Part shown: positions 10,210 through 19,306 of the stretch, in pieces
How the letters are laid out: every line of letters starts with the position of its first letter
Position numbering within the stretch: position 1 is the first letter of the stretch
Source: Candidatus Helarchaeota ASGARD archaeon Hel_GB_B
GTDB lineage: Archaea; Asgardarchaeota; Lokiarchaeia; Helarchaeales; HEL-GB-B
Length of the DNA: 32,000 nucleotides
Assembly (NCBI GenBank): GCA_005191425.1
Contig: SUPR01000024.1
Location: forward strand, 6,447-38,446
Direction of reading: 5' to 3'
Made by a program: the position numbers and the translations under genes
The notes under the pieces: generated by a model
Told to the model about the DNA's origin: nothing
Seen by the model: only the letters and a program-made list of their open reading frames with translations
The model's database searches: none

Positions 10210-10405
10210 TTTTAAATTTAGTCTTAGTATTAATATAATTAGCTTGGGTTCTTATTTTATTTTTATTTAAATTTATCTTACTTTTTCTGAAAAAATATTT
10301 ATAAATTATTTGATTTAGATTTTTAAGTAAAAATATATTCAAATATGAATAATAATTTATTACAATTATAAAATAATATAGATAACATTTTTAATGGAGA
10401 TAAAA

Positions 10406-11275
10406 ATGGCGAGCAAACCAAAAACAATCTTTGAGCGATTAGAAGAGCGTATGGAAAAATTAGAACAAATTATTAATACAATTGTTCCTGGAATTTTGGA
10501 CCAAGTTATTCCTGCATTGGATAAAGTAAAAGAAGATCTTCCAGCTTCTATTGGGCCTAATTTAATGAATTTTGCAGATATGATAGGAGAACAGATAGAA
10601 AATGTTTCGAAATCGGTTTCTAGTATTTCTTCTCCAGGTGGAGGAGGACCTGTAAATGTTGATTTATCTGAAGTTACTGCATCTTTGAATAAAATATTAG
10701 ATAGTTTTAATGTATTATTAAAAGGTTTTGACCAAGTAAATTCAAAAATAGACAATTTAACCAGTGAAATTTCATTATTAAAGAACGATGTTAATCAAAT
10801 CAAAGCAATAAGTAGTTCAGTAGCACCAGTAACACAAACTGCTCCACCAGTAAATGTAAGACCTCAAGTCACTGCCCAACCAGCAACACCAGCTCCTGCA
10901 AGCTTTCAAGCCACTGCGCAACCTAAACCTACACCAACAATTAAAGCAGCTCCAGCACCTACTATTACTCCGCAAGAAAAAATTCCAACGATTACCACTG
11001 AATCATCAGTAGTTCCAACAGAGGTTTTTGACCTTTTTGATTCAATTACTGAGAAACTTAAATCCGGAATGTTGGCACAACAAATGGCACAACACATGGA
11101 ACAAGTCCGTGATAAAATCGTAAATATATATAAATGGCACCCTACCTTATATGAATTAGCGTCTCAGGCAAGAAAACTTAAAAAAGCAGGAGTTGAAGAC
11201 CCAGTCGATGCTGATACATATCAATTATTACTAGAAAAAGTACAAGAGTGGAAACAAAGAATAAAAACAGGCTAA
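10406..11275 (+). CDS. Hypothetical protein: helical/coiled-coil N-terminus, Pro/Ala/Thr-rich linker, C-terminal helical bundle (possibly Vps28-CTD-like)
   Basis: Long ORF; ATG 10406 follows GGAG (alternative start 10394). Architecture is read from amino-acid composition; the fold is inferred. Confidence 0.8.
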   Translation: MASKPKTIFERLEERMEKLEQIINTIVPGILDQVIPALDKVKEDLPASIGPNLMNFADMIGEQIENVSKSVSSISSPGGGGPVNVDLSEVTASLNKILDSFNVLLKGFDQVNSKIDNLTSEISLLKNDVNQIKAISSSVAPVTQTAPPVNVRPQVTAQPATPAPASFQATAQPKPTPTIKAAPAPTITPQEKIPTITTESSVVPTEVFDLFDSITEKLKSGMLAQQMAQHMEQVRDKIVNIYKWHPTLYELASQARKLKKAGVEDPVDADTYQLLLEKVQEWKQRIKTG

Positions 11276-11588
11276 TTTCCTTTTTATCAATTTTTAAAAT
11301 TACCAGATCAATTTTCATTCAAGATATTTTAAATTAGAAAAAATTTTTTAATCATCATATTTTTTAATTCCTATCACAAGAAAATTTTTAAACAAATTTT
11401 CAAGTTAAATTTTTACTACAAATCACAATGATTTGTAAAAAAAATAAATGAGACGATTCATTCTTATCGTGACATTAATAAAAAATCACATATAATTTCA
11501 TATAAATTTAATTTATTAAAATTAGACATAATAATAAAAATATAAAGATAGAAAGATACAAAATAAAATAAATAAAAGGTTGAATATC

Positions 11589-12014
11589 ATGGGTAAAGCG
11601 CGTATAAGACGAAGCGGTGCGTTATATTTACCATACATTACCAAAGGAATTCAAAATGAGACTGTATTAAAATGTAGCGATAATAGTGGCGGTAAGTTTT
11701 TGCGAGTAATTTCAGTGATAGGATATAAAGGACGTTTAAATAAGATACCGAAAGCATCTATTGGACAAATGGTGGTAGTATCAGTAATTAAAGGTAGCCC
11801 AGAATTACGGAGACAGGTTGTCCGTGCAATAATTATAAGACAAAAAAAAGCATATAGGCGTCCAAATGGTCAATGGGTAAAGTTTGAGGACAATGCAGCA
11901 GTAATTGTAAACCCAAATGGAGATCCAAAAGGCTCAGAAATAAGAGGCGCAGTAGCTAAAGAAGCTGCAGAAAGATGGCCCAGATTGTCTGCTGTAGCAT
12001 CAATGGTTGTTTAG
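11589..12014 (+). CDS. rpl14: 50S ribosomal protein uL14
   Basis: LKCSDNSGGK, FEDNAAVIV, GSEIRGAVAKEAAERWPR; likely ATG at 11589. Confidence 0.97.
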   Translation: MGKARIRRSGALYLPYITKGIQNETVLKCSDNSGGKFLRVISVIGYKGRLNKIPKASIGQMVVVSVIKGSPELRRQVVRAIIIRQKKAYRRPNGQWVKFEDNAAVIVNPNGDPKGSEIRGAVAKEAAERWPRLSAVASMVV

Positions 12015-12026
12015 AGGTGTTAAAAA

Positions 12027-12407
12027 ATGCGTCAAAAAACTAAATCACCAAGAAAAAATAGAAAAAGATTGTATAAAGCACCAAATCATAGAAGAAATAA
12101 ATTTTTTCATGCAAAATTAATTGATGACTTACGTGCAGAATATGGTATTCGAAGGTTAGGTATCCGTAAAGGAGACCATGTGATGGTAATCAGAGGCGAG
12201 TTCAAGGATGTTGAAGGAAAAGTCTCAAGGGTCGATAGACAAAATTATAAAATATATATAGAAGGCGTCCAGATCGAAAAAACAGGTGGAGCTTCTTATG
12301 ATTATCCTATTAACCCAAATGATGTTATTATAACAAAATTAAATCTAAAAAAAGATAAGTATAGAAAGAATATTATTGATAGAAAAGAAAAAATTGAGTT
12401 TGAGTGA
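12027..12407 (+). CDS. rpl24: 50S ribosomal protein uL24
   Basis: IRKGDHVMVIRG (KOW motif), INPNDVIITKL; GAGGTG RBS. Confidence 0.95.
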   Translation: MRQKTKSPRKNRKRLYKAPNHRRNKFFHAKLIDDLRAEYGIRRLGIRKGDHVMVIRGEFKDVEGKVSRVDRQNYKIYIEGVQIEKTGGASYDYPINPNDVIITKLNLKKDKYRKNIIDRKEKIEFE

Positions 12408-12415
12408 TCAAATAT

Positions 12416-13177
12416 ATGACAAGAAGAGGTAAAAGTAGACATCAAAAACGATTAGCAGCCCCAAAATATTGGCCAATTAAAAGAAAAGAACACAAATTTA
12501 CTGTAGCATCTAGGCCAGGACCACATTCTGTTAAAAATAGTATACCTTTAATTATTGCAATCAGAGATATTTTAAATTTGTGTAAAACTAGGAAGGAAGC
12601 TAAATATATAATAACAGAAGGCAATGTTATAGTTGATGGAAGGGTTAGAAAAGATCCACGCTATTATGTTGGATTAATGGATGTTTTAGAGATCCCTAAA
12701 CTTAATAAATGCTACAGAATTTTACCAATACCACTGCATGGATTAATCTTACACGAAATTGAAGAAGATGAAAAAGATTTTAAATTATGTAGGATCGAAA
12801 ATAAGACTACACTAAAAAAGGGTAGAATCCAATTAAATTTACATGATGGTAGAAATATCATCATAGATGTTAAGGATCCAGAAAACCCAATAGAAGATGT
12901 TTACAAGACCCAAGATGTTTTAAAAATAGCGATCCCAAGCCAAGAAATTTTAGAACACCTAAAATTTGATGATGATGTATTAGCAATAATAATAGCAGGA
13001 AAGAATTTGGGTTATGTCGGAAAAATAATCAACATTGAAAGAAGTGAAGGACCCTTTCAGAATATTATTAAAATGCAGTCAAAAGATGAAGAATTACAAA
13101 CTGCATTAGAATATGCGTTTATGATAGGTATAGAAAAACCATTAATTTCCCTTCCAGAAAAAAGACAAGGTTTGTGA
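12416..13177 (+). CDS. rps4e: 30S ribosomal protein eS4
   Basis: HQKRLAAPKYWPI, PGPHSVKNSIPL, VDGRVRKD, VGLMDV, GRIQLNLHDGRN. Confidence 0.97.
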   Translation: MTRRGKSRHQKRLAAPKYWPIKRKEHKFTVASRPGPHSVKNSIPLIIAIRDILNLCKTRKEAKYIITEGNVIVDGRVRKDPRYYVGLMDVLEIPKLNKCYRILPIPLHGLILHEIEEDEKDFKLCRIENKTTLKKGRIQLNLHDGRNIIIDVKDPENPIEDVYKTQDVLKIAIPSQEILEHLKFDDDVLAIIIAGKNLGYVGKIINIERSEGPFQNIIKMQSKDEELQTALEYAFMIGIEKPLISLPEKRQGL

Positions 13178-13182
13178 TATAA

Positions 13183-13791
13183 ATGAGCTATGACGAAGAC
13201 GAAATAAGGAAAGAATTTTTCACCGAAGAGCAGAAAGAAATGATATTGAAGAAATGGGAATCAAATAGAATGTTAAGACCAAAAATATCGAAAGTAACAG
13301 TCAATATAGCGGTCGGGACGAGTGGAGAAAAATTAAAAAATGCAATGACTGTACTAGAATCAATTAGTGGACAAAAGCCGGTTCAATGTACTGCAAAGAA
13401 AACTATTAGAGATTTTCATATCAGAAAAAATGAACCGATCGCAACAAAAGTAACACTTCGGGGTAAAAAAGCGGAAAGATTTCTTGAAAAAGCTTTTGAT
13501 GTTATGGACTTTAAATTAAAATATTCATCCTTTGACAAATTTGGAAATGTATCTTTCGGAATAAAAGAACATATAGAACTCCCTGAAACAGAATATGACC
13601 CAAATTTAGGGATTTTTGGAATGGATATTAATATTTCAATTGAGAGACCTGGTTCAAGAATAAAGAATAGATATAGATTGAAGTCCAAGATCTCTCATAA
13701 ACATAATATGAACATTTTAGAAAGTATGATATTTTTGAATACAAAGTTTAATATCAAAATTGTTGAAAAATATCTAATTCATTATTATTAA
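13183..13791 (+). CDS. rpl5: 50S ribosomal protein uL5
   Basis: KVTVNIAVG, AKKTIRDFHIRKNEPIATKVTLRG, FDKFGNVSFGIKEH, YDPNLGIFGMD. Confidence 0.97.
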   Translation: MSYDEDEIRKEFFTEEQKEMILKKWESNRMLRPKISKVTVNIAVGTSGEKLKNAMTVLESISGQKPVQCTAKKTIRDFHIRKNEPIATKVTLRGKKAERFLEKAFDVMDFKLKYSSFDKFGNVSFGIKEHIELPETEYDPNLGIFGMDINISIERPGSRIKNRYRLKSKISHKHNMNILESMIFLNTKFNIKIVEKYLIHYY

Positions 13792-13803
13792 TTGATGGTT
13801 ATT

Positions 13804-13950
13804 ATGGTTAAAAGAAAAGTTGGAAAAGGAAGTCGTGTATGCCGTAGATGTGGTTCACATAGAGGTTTAATACGACGATATAAATTAAATTATTGTAGAA
13901 GATGTTTTAGAGAAACTGCAAAAAAATTAGGTTTTAAAAAATATTCATAG
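13804..13950 (+). CDS. rps14: 30S ribosomal protein uS14 (Zn-binding; missed by the ORF track)
   Basis: Manual translation: [48 protein letters not shown] (48 aa, two CxxC pairs), located between L5 and S8. Confidence 0.97.
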   Translation: MVKRKVGKGSRVCRRCGSHRGLIRRYKLNYCRRCFRETAKKLGFKKYS

Positions 13951-13959
13951 ATGGTTATT

Positions 13960-14352
13960 ATGACATTAATGGACCCTTTAGCTAATGCATTAACAAATAT
14001 ATTAAACCACGAAAGAATAGGTAAAAACGAAGTATTACTTCGACCTGCTTCAAAAATGATTTCGGCTACCCTTCGCTTAATCCAAAAAGCAGGTTATATC
14101 GGTGAGTTCGAATACATAGATGATGGAAGGTCTGGACAATTTAAAGTTCAATTATTAGGTAGAATTAATAAAACAGGTGTAATAAAACCAAGATATCCCG
14201 TTAAAAAAGATGAATTTCAGAAATGGGCAAACTTATATCTTCCTGCCTACAATTTTGGTTTATTAATTGTATCTACATCCGAAGGTCTAATGACACACAA
14301 TGAAGCTATTGAAAAAGGAATTGGAGGAAGACTAATCGCATACATTTATTAA
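13960..14352 (+). CDS. rps8: 30S ribosomal protein uS8
   Basis: [48 protein letters not shown]. Confidence 0.97.
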   Translation: MTLMDPLANALTNILNHERIGKNEVLLRPASKMISATLRLIQKAGYIGEFEYIDDGRSGQFKVQLLGRINKTGVIKPRYPVKKDEFQKWANLYLPAYNFGLLIVSTSEGLMTHNEAIEKGIGGRLIAYIY

Positions 14353-14371
14353 GATTGATTGGTGTAAAAAA

Positions 14372-14941
14372 ATGAGCGAAGCTTATGAAAAAAGCATAAA
14401 TATCACGGATAATGTCTCTGTGGAAGTCAAAAATAAGATAGTAAAAGTAAAAGGACCCCATGCAGAGTTGACAAGAGATTTTAATCATGCCATGCGAGTA
14501 GAACTAAAAATAGATGGAAATTCAATATTAATTCGCGGTGATAATTCAAGAAAAAAGATAAAAGCATTAGTAGGGACTATATATTCTCATATTAATAATA
14601 TGATAAAAGGGTCATTAGGTGATTTTAAGGTCATATTAAAAATTGTTTATGCACATTTTCCAATTAACGTTAAAGTCGAAAAAAATTTGATTTTCATTGA
14701 AAATTTTTTAGGTGAACGAAGACACAGAACAGCTAAAATTATTGGTAAATCCACAAAAGTAGAAGTTGTTGGCGATGACGTAATAGTTTCAGGGCCTAAT
14801 ATAGAATATGTTACTCAAACTGCAGCTAATATAACTAAAGCTACAAAAATAAAAAATAAAGACCCACGAATATTTCAAGATGGTATATATAAATATAAAA
14901 AATTGTATAATGATAATATAATTTGGGAACTTAAAATTTAA
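14372..14941 (+). CDS. rpl6: 50S ribosomal protein uL6
   Basis: VKGPHAELTRDF, VYAHFPINV, NFLGER, KDPRIFQDGIY. Confidence 0.97.
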   Translation: MSEAYEKSINITDNVSVEVKNKIVKVKGPHAELTRDFNHAMRVELKIDGNSILIRGDNSRKKIKALVGTIYSHINNMIKGSLGDFKVILKIVYAHFPINVKVEKNLIFIENFLGERRHRTAKIIGKSTKVEVVGDDVIVSGPNIEYVTQTAANITKATKIKNKDPRIFQDGIYKYKKLYNDNIIWELKI

Positions 14942-14952
14942 CAGTGAATAAT

Positions 14953-15405
14953 ATGAATATGAGTAGAAAAGAAAAAAAACATTATCTCAAAGTACGAAAT
15001 AAAATCTCCAATAATAGGCCAAAATTCCGAAGATGTGAATCATGGAGATATAAAAGAGTTAAACCAAATTGGAGAAAATCTCGCGGCATAGATAGTATGG
15101 TTAGAAGAAAAGAAAAAGGAGTCATAAAATCTCCAAATATAGGATATAGAGGTCCAAAAAAGGTTAGAGGTTTACATTCATCTGGTTTAAAAGAAATTTT
15201 AATCCATAATGTAAAAGAATTAGATAATATTAATCCTAAACTTGAAGCTATCAGAATTGGTAGAACCGTTGGAATTCTTAAAAGAATTGCAATTTTAGAT
15301 AAAGCTTATGAATTAAATATTAAAGTTTTAAATGTTGGAAAAGCCTTAATAAAAGAAGAAGAATTAATAGATTTAACTACTATTGAAGGAGAAGAAACCA
15401 GTTAA
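14953..15405 (+). CDS. rpl32e: 50S ribosomal protein eL32
   Basis: RPKFRRCESWRYKRVKPNWRKSRGIDS, PNIGYRGP, RGLHSSG. Confidence 0.96.
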   Translation: MNMSRKEKKHYLKVRNKISNNRPKFRRCESWRYKRVKPNWRKSRGIDSMVRRKEKGVIKSPNIGYRGPKKVRGLHSSGLKEILIHNVKELDNINPKLEAIRIGRTVGILKRIAILDKAYELNIKVLNVGKALIKEEELIDLTTIEGEETS

Positions 15406-15417
15406 AAGGTCAATAAA

Positions 15418-15867
15418 ATGAATTTAAAATCGCAACGAAGAATTGCAGCAGAAATTTTAAAAGTAGGTATTAACCGGGTTTGGATTGACCCTGAAAGAAT
15501 TGATGACGTATCACTCGCAATTACTCGAGATGATATTAGAGCATACATTAAAGATGGTACTATAAGGCCTAAATACAAAAAAGGTATAAGCCGAAGTAGA
15601 GCTCGAATAATACACATTAAAAAGAAGATGGGTAGAAGAAGAGGACCCGGTAGCAGAAAAGGAAAAAAATATTCAATAGTATCTCGAAAAAGAAGACATA
15701 TACTAAAGGTCAGACCAATCAGAAAACATATTAAAAAATTGAGGGCAAGACGTATAATAACACCTTCAGTTTATAGGAAACTTTACCGCTGGAATGATGG
15801 TAATATGTTTCGTAATGTAGCACATGTTGATCAATTTATTAAAGATAAAAAATTAACTAGAAGATAA
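15418..15867 (+). CDS. rpl19e: 50S ribosomal protein eL19
   Basis: QRRIAAEILKVGINRVWIDP, AITRDDIR, GRRRGPGSRKG. Confidence 0.97.
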   Translation: MNLKSQRRIAAEILKVGINRVWIDPERIDDVSLAITRDDIRAYIKDGTIRPKYKKGISRSRARIIHIKKKMGRRRGPGSRKGKKYSIVSRKRRHILKVRPIRKHIKKLRARRIITPSVYRKLYRWNDGNMFRNVAHVDQFIKDKKLTRR

Positions 15868-15885
15868 ATTTTATGGAAGATTAAA

Positions 15886-16482
15886 ATGGCAAAAGGTCCG
15901 AAATATCGCGTTAGATTTAAAAGACATAGAAATGGAAAAACTAATTACTATTTAAGAAAAAGATTGATTCAATCTAATTTACCAAGAATTGTTATACGTA
16001 AATCTAATAAATATATTTTAATTCAATTAATAGAAGCTCAAATTGAAGGCGATAGAATCTTATCAAGCACAAATTCTAAAGAATTAATCAAAAAATATGA
16101 CTGGGGCGGTAGTTGTAATTCAATACCTACTGCATATCTCACTGGTTATTTAGCAGGTTTGAAAATTAATGCAAGTAATAACATAGAAAAAGCAATTTTA
16201 GACCTCGGGCTCCAAAAAATAACTTATGGTTCAAAATTATTTTCTGCCCTGAAAGGGCTTGTTGATGCAGATATTAATATCCCCCATTCAGATAAAATTT
16301 TCCCCCCAGAAGAGAGAATTTCAGGGGAGCATATTCAATCAATTGCAAATTCACTTTATGATACAGATCCAGATAGATATAAAAAACAGTTTTCCCTTTA
16401 TTTGAAAAATAATTTTGACCCTAGAAATTATGTTGAATTATTTAATAAAACTTTAAAAAAGATACAAAATAGTTTTAATTAA
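15886..16482 (+). CDS. rpl18: 50S ribosomal protein uL18
   Basis: GPKYRVRFKRHRNGKTNY, PTAYLTGYLAG, AILDLGL. Confidence 0.96.
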   Translation: MAKGPKYRVRFKRHRNGKTNYYLRKRLIQSNLPRIVIRKSNKYILIQLIEAQIEGDRILSSTNSKELIKKYDWGGSCNSIPTAYLTGYLAGLKINASNNIEKAILDLGLQKITYGSKLFSALKGLVDADINIPHSDKIFPPEERISGEHIQSIANSLYDTDPDRYKKQFSLYLKNNFDPRNYVELFNKTLKKIQNSFN

Positions 16483-16499
16483 GTCTAATGGTGAATAAA

Positions 16500-17132
16500 A
16501 TGGCTCAAAGAGACATTGAAGAATGGGTACCTAAAACAAGAGTAGGTAAATTGGTAAAAGAGGGTTTTATTACATCGATAAATGAATTATTTCAAAATGT
16601 GATGCCAATAAGAGAACCGCAAATTGTTGATATTTTACTTCCTAATTTAAAAGAAGAAGTATTGGATATTAATCTAGTCCAAAAACAAACAGATGCTGGA
16701 GAAAAATCTCGATTTAAAGCTACCGTTGCTGTTGGAACAGCTGGATTTCTAGGAATTGGAGAAGCAAAAAACCTCGAAATCGGCCCAGCAATTAGACAAG
16801 CTATTATACACGCTAAATTAAATATTGCACCAATTAGAAGAGGATGCGGTAGTCATGAATGCAAATGCGGAGGACTACATTCTCTTCCTTTTAAAGTCTC
16901 TGGAAAATGTGGGTCAGTCCGAGTTTTTTTAAAACCTGCACCACGAGGACTTGGTATCGTCGCAGCAAAAACGGTTAAAACAATATTTAAACTTGCAAAA
17001 ATTGAAGATGTTTGGTCTTGGACTAAAGGACATACCAAAACTACAGTAAACTTCGCAAAAGCGACCTTTTACGCCCTAAAAAATACCTATAAAGTTATGA
17101 GTCCTGTTTGGGATTGGACAAGAAGAGAATAA
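16500..17132 (+). CDS. rps5: 30S ribosomal protein uS5
   Basis: WVPKTRVGKLV, VQKQTDAGEKSRF, RRGCGSHECKC, PAPRGLG; GGTGA RBS before ATG 16500. Confidence 0.97.
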   Translation: MAQRDIEEWVPKTRVGKLVKEGFITSINELFQNVMPIREPQIVDILLPNLKEEVLDINLVQKQTDAGEKSRFKATVAVGTAGFLGIGEAKNLEIGPAIRQAIIHAKLNIAPIRRGCGSHECKCGGLHSLPFKVSGKCGSVRVFLKPAPRGLGIVAAKTVKTIFKLAKIEDVWSWTKGHTKTTVNFAKATFYALKNTYKVMSPVWDWTRRE

Positions 17133-17190
17133 ATAGCATAAAAAACAATTTATTTTTAGATTTTTAATCTTTATTTCAATTGATTAAAAT

Positions 17191-17631
17191 TTAAAATTTC
17201 CAGTAATGGTCTATCACATTTTTTCTGGATAAATAGTTTAAAAAGAATATACCAATGATAAATATTATTAATGGAATAGATGTTATGAATAAAAATATCC
17301 AGCCGATTTTTCTGCTCTTTTTAAAATAATAAATACCACTTAAAATGACTATTGAATAAATTAAGAATATAACACCAAGTGCTAATGATAAAGCGTTTAT
17401 ATTCGTATTAGACAGGCCAAACTGTGCTAAAAAAGTATTTCCATTTCCCATCAAATTATCAAGACCAAATTGCTGGAAAATCCAACCTATCAAATTATTT
17501 ATTAGGGGTGTTAGAATTTCAATAACTAAATAGCTAAACAATGAAGTGTAATTTGGAAGAGGTGATGGTATAAAGTTCAAAATAGAAATTATGAGTCCAA
17601 TTATAATTATAAGAATATAAAAATAAATCAT
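17191..17631 (-). CDS. Hypothetical membrane protein (about 3 TM)
   Basis: 146 aa hydrophobic ORF co-oriented with and downstream of rpl30; no family recognised. Confidence 0.65.
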   Translation of the reverse strand: MIYFYILIIIIGLIISILNFIPSPLPNYTSLFSYLVIEILTPLINNLIGWIFQQFGLDNLMGNGNTFLAQFGLSNTNINALSLALGVIFLIYSIVILSGIYYFKKSRKIGWIFLFITSIPLIIFIIGIFFLNYLSRKNVIDHYWKF

Positions 17632-17733
17632 TAAATCAGGAAAATATCCTTTATTATTTTGAATTTTAATCTACCGACCAAAATCATTTAATTTAAAATG
17701 AATAGGATTATCTATAATAGAAAAATATTAAAT

Positions 17734-18228
17734 TTAAATCATTTTCATTATTAAATCATTTATTTCCGTATTTCTATTTCCGAGTACGCCTCCTGCTTTA
17801 TAGTGCCTTTTAATTTTACCATGATGTCCACCTTTTGGAGGTCTTAATCGGAAAACAGGTTTTATTTTCTGGATATCATGAATATTTATTTCGTTAGAAA
17901 TTATTGCCTTAGACAAATCTTTGATGGATTGATATTCAGTGTATTTTTTCAGATATTGGTCAGTTAATTTTTTGCGGCCTTCCAGTCTACCTCTCTTTTT
18001 TAGTAGTAATTCCAGAGTATCTTCGTTTATTTCGCCCCATGTTGTATAATCTTTTACTTTTTGGAGCATTCCTAAATAAGATTTGCGGTCATCAATTAGT
18101 ACAGCGTGGTTTATTCGGTTTAATCTTAACATCTTTAATGTGTCTTTAACTTCTTTTCTAACATTTACATTTCCGCGGATTCTTACAACTATAAGCTTTT
18201 TATTTCCTTTTTCATTAACTTGGGACAT
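17734..18228 (-). CDS. rpl30: 50S ribosomal protein uL30 (long archaeal form), inverted relative to the operon
   Basis: LIVVRIRG, DTLKMLRL, GMLQKVKDYTTWGEI, KPVFRLRPPKGG. Confidence 0.96.
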   Translation of the reverse strand: MSQVNEKGNKKLIVVRIRGNVNVRKEVKDTLKMLRLNRINHAVLIDDRKSYLGMLQKVKDYTTWGEINEDTLELLLKKRGRLEGRKKLTDQYLKKYTEYQSIKDLSKAIISNEINIHDIQKIKPVFRLRPPKGGHHGKIKRHYKAGGVLGNRNTEINDLIMKMI

Positions 18229-18490
18229 TGTGTTCACTAATTGCCTAAAATAATTAATAATTTTAAAAATCTATATTTTGTTTTAAATTTTATGATAGTG
18301 ATTAATAAAATTTTTAAACAATAAATATGCCATATTTCTGATACAATTATATTATAAAAATTGTAAATAAAAGTTCTTTTTATTTACTATTATTTCAATT
18401 AAATTTTTTTAATTATTATTTAAATTATATTTTTAAATAATGGTTTGAGATTATTAGATAGAATTAATCTCTTTTTAAGATGAAAAAACA

Positions 18491-19084
18491 ATGGAAAAAA
18501 GAAAAATTAAAAAAGATAAAAAAAAGAAAATATTGGATGATTCTAATCTCGAATCAGATAAAAATAAGAAAATATTGGATGATTCTAATCTCGAATCAGA
18601 TAAAAATAATAATGAGGATGATAATGAAATTAAAATTAATGAGATTAAATTTTCCAAATTGGATAATATTATAGACCAAATAATGGATAAAGAATTAGAA
18701 AACTTGGATTTTTTCAATGATAAGGAAAATACGGATAGACAGTATATTTGGGGGTTTTCATTAACCGTTACACCGGATAGTAAACCAATTATAAGAGAAT
18801 TTGAGAAAAAGCGTGAGAATTTTATAAATAAAGAGGACGAAAATGTATGGGAACCATTGATTGAAGTTATGGAACAAGATAATGGATTATTAATAATAAT
18901 AGAAATACCAAATACTACTGAAGACGAGATTAAATTAACTTCATATGAAGATTATTGTGAGTTATCAATAAATTCATCAAAAAATCTTCATAAACAAATT
19001 AATTTCCCATTTAAAGTCGACCCTAAATCTGAAAAAATGAAATATAAAAATGGTATTCTGGAAATTTTATATTCAAAATTATAA
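18491..19084 (+). CDS. Archaeal small heat-shock protein (Hsp20, alpha-crystallin domain), divergent
   Basis: YIWGFSLTVTPDSKPIIREF, EPLIEV, EIPN, FPFKVDPKSEKMKYKNGILEI. Confidence 0.8.
   Translation: MEKRKIKKDKKKKILDDSNLESDKNKKILDDSNLESDKNNNEDDNEIKINEIKFSKLDNIIDQIMDKELENLDFFNDKENTDRQYIWGFSLTVTPDSKPIIREFEKKRENFINKEDENVWEPLIEVMEQDNGLLIIIEIPNTTEDEIKLTSYEDYCELSINSSKNLHKQINFPFKVDPKSEKMKYKNGILEILYSKL
18524..18607 (+). repeat. Perfect 42-bp in-frame tandem duplication (KKILDDSNLESDKN x2)
   Basis: AAGAAAATATTGGATGATTCTAATCTCGAATCAGATAAAAAT at 18524-18565 and again at 18566-18607. Confidence 0.95.
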
Positions 19085-19306
19085 TGTTGATTTAGAATTG
19101 ATTGGGTTAATTGATATAATCTTTTAGAATATATTTTGTAATTAAAAATAAATAATAAATACAAAAAAGTATTTACTTGTTTTTTAATATGATTGATAAA
19201 TATTATTTACATTAAAAAACTTTATTTTATTGAGTTTAGAACAAACTTTAAAAATCAAATTTAGAAAAAAACACACACAAATTATCTATTTTAAAAAGTG
19301 TTTCAA

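Noticed and set aside
10830-10855. QTAPP resembling a PTAP late-domain motif
   Set aside because: It lacks the first Pro of P(S/T)AP and lies in a P/A/T-rich linker where such matches are expected.
10366-11097. Minus-strand ORFs 10366-10755 and 10906-11097
   Set aside because: Antisense shadows of the long plus-strand gene; no independent signals.
17157-18273. 11-bp inverted repeat TAGATTTTTAA (17157-17167) / TTAAAAATCTA (18263-18273) bracketing the flipped rpl30 block
   Set aside because: Nearly all A/T in very AT-rich intergenic DNA, so plausible by chance; not accepted as an inversion site without comparative support.
18475-18717. Alternative-frame ORFs 18475-18717 (-) and 18480-18674 (+)
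   Set aside because: By-products of the low-complexity 42-bp repeat inside the Hsp20 gene.
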